Shown one piece after another: positions 23,217-35,200 of a stretch of 64,000 bases of DNA (its first letter is position 1; each line of letters begins with the position of its first letter). Source of the stretch: Laetmonice hystrix (Eukaryota); assembly GCA_965235115.1 (NCBI GenBank), contig OZ249436.1, forward strand, positions 18,788,001 through 18,852,000, given 5' to 3'. The position numbers were made by a program, and so were the translations under genes. A model generated the notes under the pieces. It saw only the letters and a program-made list of their open reading frames with translations. It was not told the origin of the DNA and did no database searches.

Positions 23217-26200
23217 ATGCGAGTGATGGATGCCAAACTCTCGACCTTCATCTCCCAGACAGGAGCCGACCCAGCACTTGCCCGGGACCTCCTCCAGGGT
23301 AAGACCGTACATACAGGGCTGTAAAGAATCTGCGGGGCTGTGACAGTCTCCAGTAACTAACTGTGAAATAACAGGGTGCAGTGTCTATCCTTACCTAAAT
23401 GGTATTGTGCCTTTCTAGCCCCCAACGGGGACTTATAATGTGCCCTCTGTCCGTACATAGTTATGTATACATTGTGCCATATGTATGTTCATAGACAGCT
23501 CGATTGAATCTCAGAAGTGACTGTGTATTCATGAGTAGACTTCTTTCAAACTTGACACAGTGATCAGGGATGATCTGAGGATGATGCAGGAGAGATTTTT
23601 AATATAATTCAAAATGCCTGATTGGCAGCCATCTTGGATGTAAACACATTTTGAGCAATAACACAACTTTTGCACACACTGATTCGGTAAGTTGGAATGC
23701 TAAATCTTACCTATTTGGCCTACATTAAATGTCAATAATTAAATGTGATAATATGACTTAGGTGCAGTTTTATCTATGTTAGCCTAGCTAAGTCTACAGT
23801 TTTGTTTCAGCTTTCCATAGTCATTGATGATACCGGTGTCTGCCAAGTCAGGCCGGGAGTGACAGGTCACTTAGCAACGCCTATTGTTGTCTTATGACGA
23901 CCATGGCAATTGTCACGTCACAGTAGACTTTGGAATAATGTGACGTCACAATGGAAATCAACAGATCGGGTTCTAAATCTACAGTCTAGCAGGCTGCGTT
24001 TTTCATCATTTTCACTTCGGTCAAGCGGCCGCAAACTCGAGTGATTGGCAGAACTTTACGTTTCTGACAGGCGATTTCACGTGAATAGTAGGTAGAATCA
24101 AATGGAAAAGTCACTAAATGTTTAAAATCTGTTTATAGTCCTGAGTGGCAAATTAAGGAAGCAGTTTGTAGATTTCCATGCATTTGGGAAATTTGATTTT
24201 GCCGGTTCCGTAATACCAGCAAAACCTCCATGGATTTCCATACATATATCCGATCGATGCACCGTATGCGGTTCCTTGGGTATAGGGCTCACTGTGCTCG
24301 CTAATATTCAATAAACAGACTGGACTCACAAATGTGACAGGTGTGCAGATTATGGTTGTGCATTTTTTGGGACACCCTGTATATATATACTGAGAAAATA
24401 CTGAAACGGAAAAAAACGGAATTTTAACAATTCAAAACGGAATTTCCTGGCAAGGATCACGTAATTTGACTGGGACTATTATTGGCTTGTTGATCCAGCG
24501 TGAGACATCCCTAAACAAATGATCACCTGCCAGTCAAATAAACCCAAATCAATCAGAACTTCTATGGAGGGGAAAATCGAACAGGTCCTAGTACCATAAG
24601 TACTAGGAGATAATGCAAAAGACTTCCAGGAAGTTTGGAGAATATTTACTGAATTGGCCTGTGTCAATCAATTGAGCTTTATAGATTACATGCTGACTGT
24701 GATATATAAAAGCAGCGTCATTAGAGTGTGAGATAACAAACCAGCAGGTGTTTGAAACCTGATAATGATATAATAGACGTGAGTAATGGATTGTGCCAGG
24801 AGATAGAGCTGTAGACATGTTTTCTGGTTTATATATGAACTACTCTCAGCCCCAGGGAGATGATGATGGAGAGGATAGTAAGAAAAAGTAACCCCCCCCC
24901 CCCCACCTGCCAACTTGAACAGCATGGATGAGGCAGAGACAAGTCGATATTCTACAGCATGCAATTATGTACTTAAATTCACTGTGAAGTCGCATCAAAA
25001 AGTACATATATGCTAAGTATTGATATTTTTAATGATGACGTTTAAAAAACAACTAATTACAACAGGGATATTGATTCAGCCTTCTCAAAAAAATTTAAGA
25101 TGAAGGCTTTTTGCCTTGTTCCACTCGTTCCTCGTCACACTCCACTGCATCAAGAAAGACAAAGGTTAGTTCTCCAATGCTCCAATAGGTGGCTCAGCTG
25201 GCAGGTGGCAGCACTGCAGTGACCACATGTTTTGATGGCATGTTCAGAGTGAACGTTTTAGCACATAGAGGACTAACGAGGCAAAAAGCCTTCTTGAAAT
25301 TTTTATCATGAATAGCAGAGATATGTAGAGGAACATAATAAAACAAGTTTCACTGAAATCCATAGGGGGCGCACTGTGATATGGCCAAATGAAAATTGCC
25401 TAAAATCGCATTTTTACCATAAAAAGCGCCACCTATGCAAAAGCGCCCTAACTAAGCCACCGTCTTTTATTTGGAAAGAGCCCGTCCCATTGTATCCATA
25501 CATAAACTAGCAAGGCTTAACGTGGGTGCAGGCCCTGGGAGGGTCTCAAATGTAGCCCAAAATGGAAAAAGTCATGATTTGCAGCGCCGCCTATAGGCGG
25601 CGCCCGTTCGGGAACCCTCGGGAAAGTCTGCCAGCTTCCGCTGGATCTGCCATCTGTCGAGGTAGAGCCAACTGAGGCGGCGCCCTCAGTAAGCCTTGAA
25701 AATTATTATAAATGCTAAAACTAAAAAAGTAGAAGGAAGAACTCGACCCATACGTTCATATACTATATAGCCAGTATAGGAAGCTTACTGAGGGTGCACC
25801 AAGATATTCGAAGGACAAAGTCCAGATTTTGACTACCGGGGTATGTCACTATTTTGGCCCTTTTCACCCCTACCCTAAAAGGGGCTGTAATTTCCCCTGC
25901 AAAGGGATCTTCTGATAAAAAAAGTAATTTTTGTCAGTTTGGATGATATATCTACCCCCACAAAAAAATCCAGTGGCCTACTGGAACATGATATATCCCC
26001 CCCCTATTATAAACTGGTCCACAGTTACAGACACTGGCTCTTAATGATACAACTCATAAAAAGAAAAGAAAATCGCCAGTCTGTACAGGCCAGGCACACA
26101 GGCCATGATATTCTAAGCAAGTTAAAAAAGATTTGAACACAATTGGTGAGATATAAGCACTTTAGTGCCAGAGGCTTCTTAGAGCCTGCTCAGCTGGTGG

Positions 26201-29200
26201 AGGCCGCCTCCATAGTCTGGGCTAAACTCAAACTGCGCATGCTCGCCCTAGGCGAGCATGCGCAGCACGACTGCTCTTCAGTTTGGGCGGAACTAAACAC
26301 TGACACACCTGTTGCGTTGAGCGATTCTGTGAAGGTAGCGAACGTTGAAAGCTAAATAAGTAAAATTTGGGGGAAATAGATAAAAACCATCGATAGTGAT
26401 GAGGAATGGCTAGGAATTAAACCTACCAATGTCAGGAGATATATCAGGGTGGACACGGATCTGGGCAGCCGTGGGTTTCCGCCGCCTGCATTCAGTTCAT
26501 CCCGCTCAGAGGTGTGATGTTGACGGAGCTGAGTCCCGTCTGGCGCAGGCGCCACACTCTGACTACGACCGCGGGCACTGGCAGTGTCAGCACCACAGGA
26601 GTCCGACTCCTGTGGTCAGCACAGACCTGTTGCGTTTAGTTGTGACTGTGACTGTGACTGTGGGACTGACCCCCGTCGATTTGCCCACCCGCCTCGGCCG
26701 CCCTTAGCCTAGTCTAGCCTAGCCCCGGCATGCAATAGATGGGCACAGGGACGTCACTTACTTCCGGCCAGCCCAACAAATGGCTGCACCACTGAAGCTA
26801 GCCAAAGAATTCGGCTCTGTGCTCTGTACAGAGCCAAAGGTCGCTGTTCAGAATTTCCGAGCGTACCCGGAGAAATCTTCTGTCTGCCATGAAAAGCCCT
26901 CCCTTGTCTATATGTTGATGAAATATTGATAAATAAACTCAAAATAACTTATCTCTCATATCTGCAAGCTGGAAAAGCACGATGCGACACAATAAAGACA
27001 GTCACATCTCTCGAACCGAGAAATTTCAATGCTCGTTGACCGTCGGAGAGATGCATGCTGGGATATCAAAGGCAACATGGCGGCCGGTAAAACGCCGTTA
27101 AACGGGTGATCTAGACATGAATTTGACGTTGTACTATTAGAAACACTGCTTAGAACTGGACTCCACACAAGTACTGTCGAGATCCATGCCGGTGAGTTGA
27201 TCAGTGCAAGCGGTGGTAGTCTGGCCTGGCTATGTGTAGTATGACCCGCAAGGAATTTACATCGGCTATCTGTAAGCCTTGCTGGCGCGGCGGCAAGGCT
27301 TACTACATAGGCTACACTGAAGCCAGTGATTTTGACACGGTTGTCATGTTCAACTTATGACTTCTTGGAATAGGGGGACATTTATTTCCAACCACTACTC
27401 TGAAAGGTGAGTGTATAGATTAGAGGCCTTACAAAAAGTTACAGATGTCCAAATTTATGTGATTTTTGACTGAACCTCTCCTTTAAGAACCGGTTGCTAA
27501 CCGGGGTTAATCCGGCTATGTCAGTAACTACCCCCACTATAGATCTCCCACTAATGACCCTGAGTTGACCTTGACCTCCCCAGTGACCCTGGAGGTGGGT
27601 GGTGATTTGACCACTGGGCTGGCCTACTGCCAGCACACACCACTTACTAGATCACAGAGGCACAGGGCAGCCAGACCTACTTAGTCCCCTGGTACTCTGC
27701 CAGTTCCAAACTTCCATGTCAACCATTCAGGCCAATGATGCCGACTGTACAGCAAACACTGTCACTAAGCCTTCACTGTGCCATGTAATAGTGGTAATAT
27801 TACAATTTACAGGGTTCCCCTAGGCCGGGACAGGTCATATGACCTGGCTGCGGCAGCTGAGCCATGTCACATGACATGGCTGAGCCAGGTCACATGACAT
27901 GGCTGACCCAGGTCCTGAGCCAGGTCACATGACATGGTTGAGCTAGGTCACATGACATGGCTGACCCAGGTCCTGTGCCAGGTCACATGACATGGCTGAC
28001 CCAGGTCCTGAGCTAGGTCACATGACATAGTTGAGCCAGGTCACATGACATGGCTGAGCCAGGTCCTGAGCCAGGTCACATGACATGGCTGACCCAGGTC
28101 CTGATCCAGGTCACATGACATGGTTGAGCCAGGTCACATGACATGGCTGAGCCAGGTCCTGAGCCAGGTCACATGACATGGCTGAGCCAAGTCACATGAC
28201 ATGGCTGAGCCAGGTCACATGTAATGTATGACATGGCTGAGCCAGGTCACATGACATGGCTGACCCAGGTCCTGAGCCAGGTCACATGACATGGCTGAGC
28301 TAGGTCACATGATAGAGCTGTTGTGTGAATGAAGGCTGTTTTTTTCTCCCTTGAGCAGTAAGACTGGGGAGCACCTGGGCCAGAATCTTTAGTTGTACTA
28401 ATGTGTGTATCAACTTACCTGGCTCCTGTTGGTAAAAAAAAACGATTTTTGTGTGTGTGGTTGTGGGACAGAGACTGCCCCGCTCTCCCACTGTGAGTGC
28501 TGTGACTGATGTAACGGTAGCATGTCCCATTAGGTAGCATGTCCCATTAGGCCGGGTCGCACTCACAGGGTTAGGTAATTAACGGAACCTTGTCCTTAAT
28601 GGACCCATGATCATATATGATCACGCCAGGCAGCCATATTGAGCTACACCCACCACATGTGGTAACAACGACATGAAATTTGGTGAAACCAACTAAAAAC
28701 GTATCATTATTAATGTATCATTATTCCGAGCCCCAAACCAAACCCAAAACCTAACCCCTCGTCCTGCCCCCGCCCCCCTTAAAAAAAGACTGACCCTGGC
28801 CCTGACCCTAACCCCAATTTTGTGGAAATGTCACCATGGATGAGTAGCCATAGTGTGAGGTCTCATGATTATGACATCCTGGCCGCCGGTCCATCCATCC
28901 CTAGCACTGACCACACACTGAGAATTGGTGGTGGTGGGGGGTGTGGACAGCCAGAGTCTGACCACCACCTGGCCTGGGAAACCTGCCCTGTTGGCGGCAT
29001 CATCATGGCCTTTCACACTGGAGATCAAGGAGCACCGCTTCTCCCTAAGAACACACGGAGGAAGGGTGTCCTGTGTCTGCTCCAGAGACACCTGCGGAGT
29101 CTCCAAGCAGACGGGGCTCTGACCAGGAGGAAGCCGTGGGATAAGGACTTCGGTTGTGAGGAGGGGTTTCATCCACAAATCTCAGTGGCCGCGACTTCAG

Positions 29201-32200
29201 TGTCAGGTTGGTTCGTACAGGCTGCAGCCAGAGAGGCAGCTAATAGTTTAGTACAAGTGCAGAAGAAGTTTACTTTGAGGTTTAGTTTGTTAACCAGTTT
29301 GTCTCTGGTAAACCAGAGACTGACATGACCCCAAATTTTTTTTTCCACCTCCCAGGACATACTGGAAATATTTGATGCCCTCCTGTCACTCACAGGTCTG
29401 ACTTCGCCTGGCAGGTAGGCTGGAGTTAGGGGTCTGTCTTACTAAGGTCTGTTTAAGCCAAAAAAAAGAAATTCCCGGTTTCTGGTCCAAAGAAAATTTC
29501 AAAAGTGGTGCGGTGACCCGTTTTTTTTTTGTTTTTTTAAAGATTTTTTTTTTTGTGATAGCTGGCTAAAATAGTAAAGCCTCATAAGAATTATCATGTA
29601 AAATGAACTCATAGATAAGGACCATGACCTTTGCTGTCATCGCTTTGAATACAAACACACTTCTGTTGCAGTGTTAATGAAATATCCATTACAACAATGG
29701 TTAGTTTTAAGCCTTACCGCTAGGTGGCACCACAATTCACAGTCATCCAAGGTGAGGGCAAAAAAAAAGCACTGATGCGCGGCATCTGAAGTGACGCGCG
29801 CGCGGACCAGAAACCGGGAATTTTTTTTTTGGCCTTATTAACGATCTAGTTAAATTTACCTGGCCGTGAGATCATTATTAACCAGAGACTCTTATGCATT
29901 CCTTACTGAAGTTAACGATATCGTTAATAACCAGACCTGCTTAGTAAGACAGACCCCAGGACTCCCCTCGACACCCATTATATATTTTTATTTTGGTCTT
30001 TCATCGCCCCCCCCCCCCACATCCCAGCTAGGCCTGCCCCCCTCCGACTGACCCATTGACACTGACTGACCCACTGGCACAGGAACTCAGAATATCACTA
30101 ATCTTAAACTTCAAACAGGTTTTAGATTGCTACAAACGTATGAACAAGCAAAGTTACCTTGAATTACAGGAGAGAACAACTGTTGATTTGTGACCATAGT
30201 CAGATTTTGGCGCTACCTGGTGGTAAAGTTCTCAGCACAGAGCCATTCTGCAGATCTTAGTCAGTGAGTCTGCAGTGTACAGTGTACACACAAACTACTG
30301 ACAGCCGGTGTGTCTGCAGTGTACCCTACAGTGTGCACCAAACTACAGGGTGCCTGCAGTGTAGGCCTACAGTGTACACAAACTACTGACAGCCGGTGTG
30401 TCTGCAGTGTATACCCAACAGTGTGCACCAAACTACTGTACAGGGTGCCTGCAGTGTAGGCCTACAGTGTACACAAATTACTGACAGTCAGTGTGTCTGC
30501 AGTGTACACCACAGTGTTCTCGCCAGCCTTTATTTTTTTTGCATAGCGGCCGCTATGCTGTGTTTTTAGGCCGCTACACTGTCTTTTAGGCCACTACAGT
30601 AGTCTACACTGTCTTTTAAACAGCGTAGTGGCAAAAACTTGTCTAAATTCAACAGAACCCACAGGAATACTGGTAAAATGTCGCTCGTTTACTGTCCAGT
30701 TTAGCAAACCTTTCTCATCTGACAATCTTCTAGGCTGCAAGATAAGGCTCTAAAATAGGCTAAATTACCAGAGCTTGGGGGGGGGGGGGGGCTTTGCCCC
30801 TCCTGTCCTCTTGTACCCCTAACCAGGGCTCTTCCCTTGGTTTAACCACTACGCTCTGGATAATTTCTGGTGAGAACCCTGCACACCAAACTGTACTGAA
30901 AGCCAGTGAATCAGCTCCGCCCCTGCTGCTATCAGTAGCCCAACAAACGTCTCTCCCTGATTGCCCGGTTATCAGTCCACATGTACCTGATCACATCGTG
31001 ACCTTTGACCCGCAGTGAGAGCCTCCGGCCTGGTATACATGTCCTCTATTGTAACACCTCCACTGAATTTGGTAGTTAGGAACTAAAGGTCTGTAACTAT
31101 TCCTGAGACATAATTCTGATTCTAAAGGCCCGGCCACACAGCCCTTACGACCCGATCGTCGGGCATAAACCAGCATAGTCCCCGACGGGTAAAGACGATT
31201 CCGTCGGCCCCGTATTTCATGGGCCAGCCAGACAGACGACGACGCGATCGTCGGAACGCCAGTGGTGTCCCATGCGGAATAGTTGATAAACGACGCATGC
31301 GCCCTCTGCAGTTTGACGCCCGCTGTGCACTGCCGACAGAACCGTCGCGTTGTAGATGTTCAACATCTCAACATTGCGCGTCGGCTGCCCCGGCCACACA
31401 GACCAATGCATACCGACCCGATCGTCGCAGACGATCGGGTCGGTCTGTGTGGCCAGGCCTTAACTTCTCCATGCTCGTCCTCGACCTCACCCAAAAAGTT
31501 GCCCCCAGCCCTAGCCCTGCCCCTAACCCCTAGCCCTGCTCCTAATCCCTAGCCCTGCTTCTAACCTCCAGCCCTAACCCTAACCCCTAGCCCTGCTCCT
31601 AACCCCCAGCCTGCTCTTAACCCCTAGCCCAGCCCCTGGGGGAAGTAACCCCCTGTCCCATGTCACTAGTGTCAGTCAGTATTGTGGCCATCCAGTGGGT
31701 CTGTCAGTATTGAGGCTGAGGCCATCCAGTGGGTCTGTCAGTATTGTGGCCATCCAGTGGGTCTGTCAACTAAAGTATTGAGGCTATCCAGTGGGTCTGT
31801 CGGTATTGAGGCCATCCAGTGGGTCTATATCAGTATCGAGGCCATCCAGTCGGTCTGTCAGTATCAGGCCTTCCAGTGGGTCTGTTTGTATTGAGGTCAC
31901 CATCCAGTGGGTCTGTCAGTATCGAGGCCGTCCAGTGTCAGTATAAATGCCACCTTCCAGTGAGATGTTGATCTGACACATGATCCACATATTCGCGGTC
32001 AGTTTGTGGTCTGGCCTGGAGCGTTTGCGTGGTGGGTTCCTCTGGTGGAGTCACCACCTCAGAATGTGTGACGTCACCAGGAGACAGTTGGGACGTGGGG
32101 GGGGGGGGGGGGGGGGTCAGCCGGCTTGGCCTGCCTGGGTCAGGTCGCTATCAGACAGATAGGAGAACCCAGTGAGTGAGTGGGATTTTATACAGGTCTT

Positions 32201-35200
32201 ACTCTTAGTGAGTGGATACTTACAGACCTGTACTGTCACAGGGATCGATACAGGGATTTATAATCAGTGATGTCAGTGTGAACCAGCCAGGTTGTTACTA
32301 TCCCAAACCAGCTCTCGGAGTCCCTATAGTTTGTTGTCACTCTATCCCAAGTGGTCATGCCCTGCTAGGCCAAAATTTGTCAAACATGGTGGGCCAGAAG
32401 TATGATTTGGAGAAGCACAGGTCTCCGAGGAGAAAGCCAGGATTACGTCAAGGTAGGAAAGTTTGTGTCTTCCATGGATCTTTATCAGAACAACCATGGT
32501 ATTGTTTGCTTATGGTCTTTATACGCCATTCAAATGTTACAGTCCAAACAGGGCAATGATAGTGACTCTGTCTCTGTTATAAATTTCAGTGTGCGTCCTG
32601 AACAATTATCAGTTCGAAACAAGTAGTGATTTTTGGGGGTCCTGAACAGATAATCCGTGTTGGTCTTGAACAAATTGGCAGTGTTGGTCTTGAACAAATT
32701 GGCTGTGTTGGTCTTGAACAAATTGGCTGTGTTGGTCTTGAACAAATGGCCAGTGTTGGCCTTGAACAAATGGTTAGTGTTGGCCTTGAACAAATGGTTA
32801 GTGTTGGTCCTGAACAAATGGTCAGTGTTGGTCCTGAACAAATGGTCAGTGTTGGTCCTGAACAAATGGTCAGTGTTGGTCCTGAACAAATGGCCAGTGT
32901 TGGTCCTGAACAAATGGTCAGTGTTGGTCCTGAACAAATGGCCAGTGTTGGTCCTGAACAAATGGCCAGTGTTGGTCCTGAACAAATGGCCAGTGTTGGT
33001 CCTGAACAAATGGCCAGTGTTGGTCCTGAACAAATGGCCAGTGTTGGTCCTGAACAAATGGTCAGTGTTGGTCCTGAACAAATGGCCAGTGTTGGTCCTG
33101 AACAAATGGCCAGTGTTGGTCCTGAACAAATGGCCAGTGTTGGTCCTGAACAAATGGCCAGTGTTGGTCCTGAACGAATGGTCAGTGTTGGTCCTGAACA
33201 AATGGCCAGTGTTGGTCCTGAACGAATGGCCAGTATTGGTCCTGAACAAATGGTACGTGAGTCTTGAACATATGGTTAGTGTTGGTCCTGAACAAATGGC
33301 CAGTGTTAGTCCTGAACGAATGGCCAGTGTTGGTCCTGAACAAATTGCCCGTGTTAGTTTTGAATAAATGGTTGCTCTCATTTTTTGAGGTCTGTCAGCC
33401 AGGAGACTGAGATCATACAGCTCAAATGATATCCTAGGAGAGTTTATTTAAAATGTGTGTGCTGAAATGGCTGACTGGTGGTTTATATTTGATTAAAGAC
33501 AAATTTCTATCCTTATGAACTTACTTCTGGGTCCATAGACCACAGTGATAGGCTGAGTTACTTCCTTGAACTGAAAACTAATAGGATTTTCTATCATTGC
33601 CAGTAACTACAGAAGTCTGCCTTGGTCCATGCAGACAGTGGAGTCTTAGAGCCAGGGCTGGTGAATAGATGCGATGAGTTAATGCTGTTGGGCCTTAAAA
33701 AACAGTTGGATTGGATAGAGAAGACAATCTGTTTTTATCTGTTTTAACAGGTAACGACTGGAATGTAGAAAATGCAGTTCGGGTTTACAAACTGATGCAG
33801 AATTCAGCACTGCCACCATCTGGGCCACCGAAAAATGTGGAACCAAAACGGAATAACCTGGTGACGGTGGCTTCGACAGGGGGCGGCCTTCCCGGGACAG
33901 GGGCAGCCGTCGGCCGTCCCATGGTGGTCGCACAGAAAGGTGGCATTGTGAGTGGAACAGTTGGTACAACGATTCTACCCGTCCAGCAAATGGTGGCCCC
34001 TCCTTCTCCCAACAACAGCATCAGTAAGTAATGTGCCAACCCTCTTCCATATCAAAGCCTTTTTGTACTCATTTTCTGTGCACTTTTATTCAATTTTTAT
34101 GAGTAGGATGTTGTTGGAATTGTGTGCGCATTCTTTGTAACTCATATGATTCTGAGAATACGTTCCTAACTTCCTATCCTGTACAGGTTGTAGCTATATT
34201 GTAGAGAAAATCTTAAATTTCTTAAATAAGCCAGGCAGATTGGCCAGGGCATGTTTTCTTCACCATATTATGTGTATTTGCAGCAAGAAAATTAAAGCGG
34301 GGATTGTCGAAAACAACTGAAAACATTCAGATTGTGAACCAAGCACGAGACCTCGTACTTCATGACATCAAGGAGAATGTCACTGAGTATGGGCAACATT
34401 TTGTGGAGACTCCAGACCTGACGTTCGTATTGCCAGACCTGACAGTGTATTCTGAAGACTTCAGGGCCTTCTTACACAAGGACCTGATAGAGACTTCCAC
34501 ACTTGTTTCCTTGGAACAGGCTGGTACGTACAGCTCCCATTTCTACACACATACACATCTAAATCAGCTGTAGTTATCCTCGTAATCAGAGTATGGGCCT
34601 TACAAGTTTACACCCTTTGAGGCATTATCCAATCAAAAGGTAGACCAAATAACATATGAAATAGTCAAACAACTGAAGAAATTTGTTTTCAGGTCGTCTC
34701 AATTGGTGGGCAGACATGGGTGCCTGTCAGAGGCTGCTACCTTTGGCGACGACAGGAGACGGGAACTGTTTACTCCATGCAGCATCACTAGGTATGTTTA
34801 GGTTGGTGGTACAGACCACGGGCAGAGTCTGTGCTCCATGCGGCATCACTAGGTATGTTTAGGTTGGTGGTACAGACCACGGGCAGAGTCTGTGCTCCAT
34901 ACGGCATCACTAGGTATGTTTAGGTTGGTGGTACAGACCACGGGCAGAGTCTGTGCTCCATGCGGCATCACTAGGTATGTTTAGGTTGGTGGTACAGACC
35001 ACGGGCAGAGTCTGTGCTCCATGCGGCATCACTAGGTATGTTTAGGTTGGTGGTACAGACCACGGGTAGAGTCTGTGCTCCATGCGGCATTACTAGATAT
35101 GTTTAGGTTGGTGGTACAGACCACGGGCAGAGTCTGTGCTCCATGCGGCATCCCAAGGTATGTTTAGGTTGGTGGTACAGACCACGGGGAGTCTGTGCTC

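Noticed and set aside
25370..26025. Possible Transib/Chapaev-like element
   Set aside because: Termini too degenerate and no TSD found.
28822..29328. 168-aa ORF in the OTUD7 intron
   Set aside because: No recognisable domain, start context or supporting splice structure.
31500..31640. Telomere-like CCCTAA motifs
   Set aside because: Short and highly degenerate; not a true interstitial telomere array.
32530..33381. Long repetitive ORFs (283, 236 and 213 aa) on both strands
   Set aside because: Produced by a 24-bp (multiple-of-three) minisatellite inside an OTUD7 intron; open in several frames, with no splice or codon evidence of coding.
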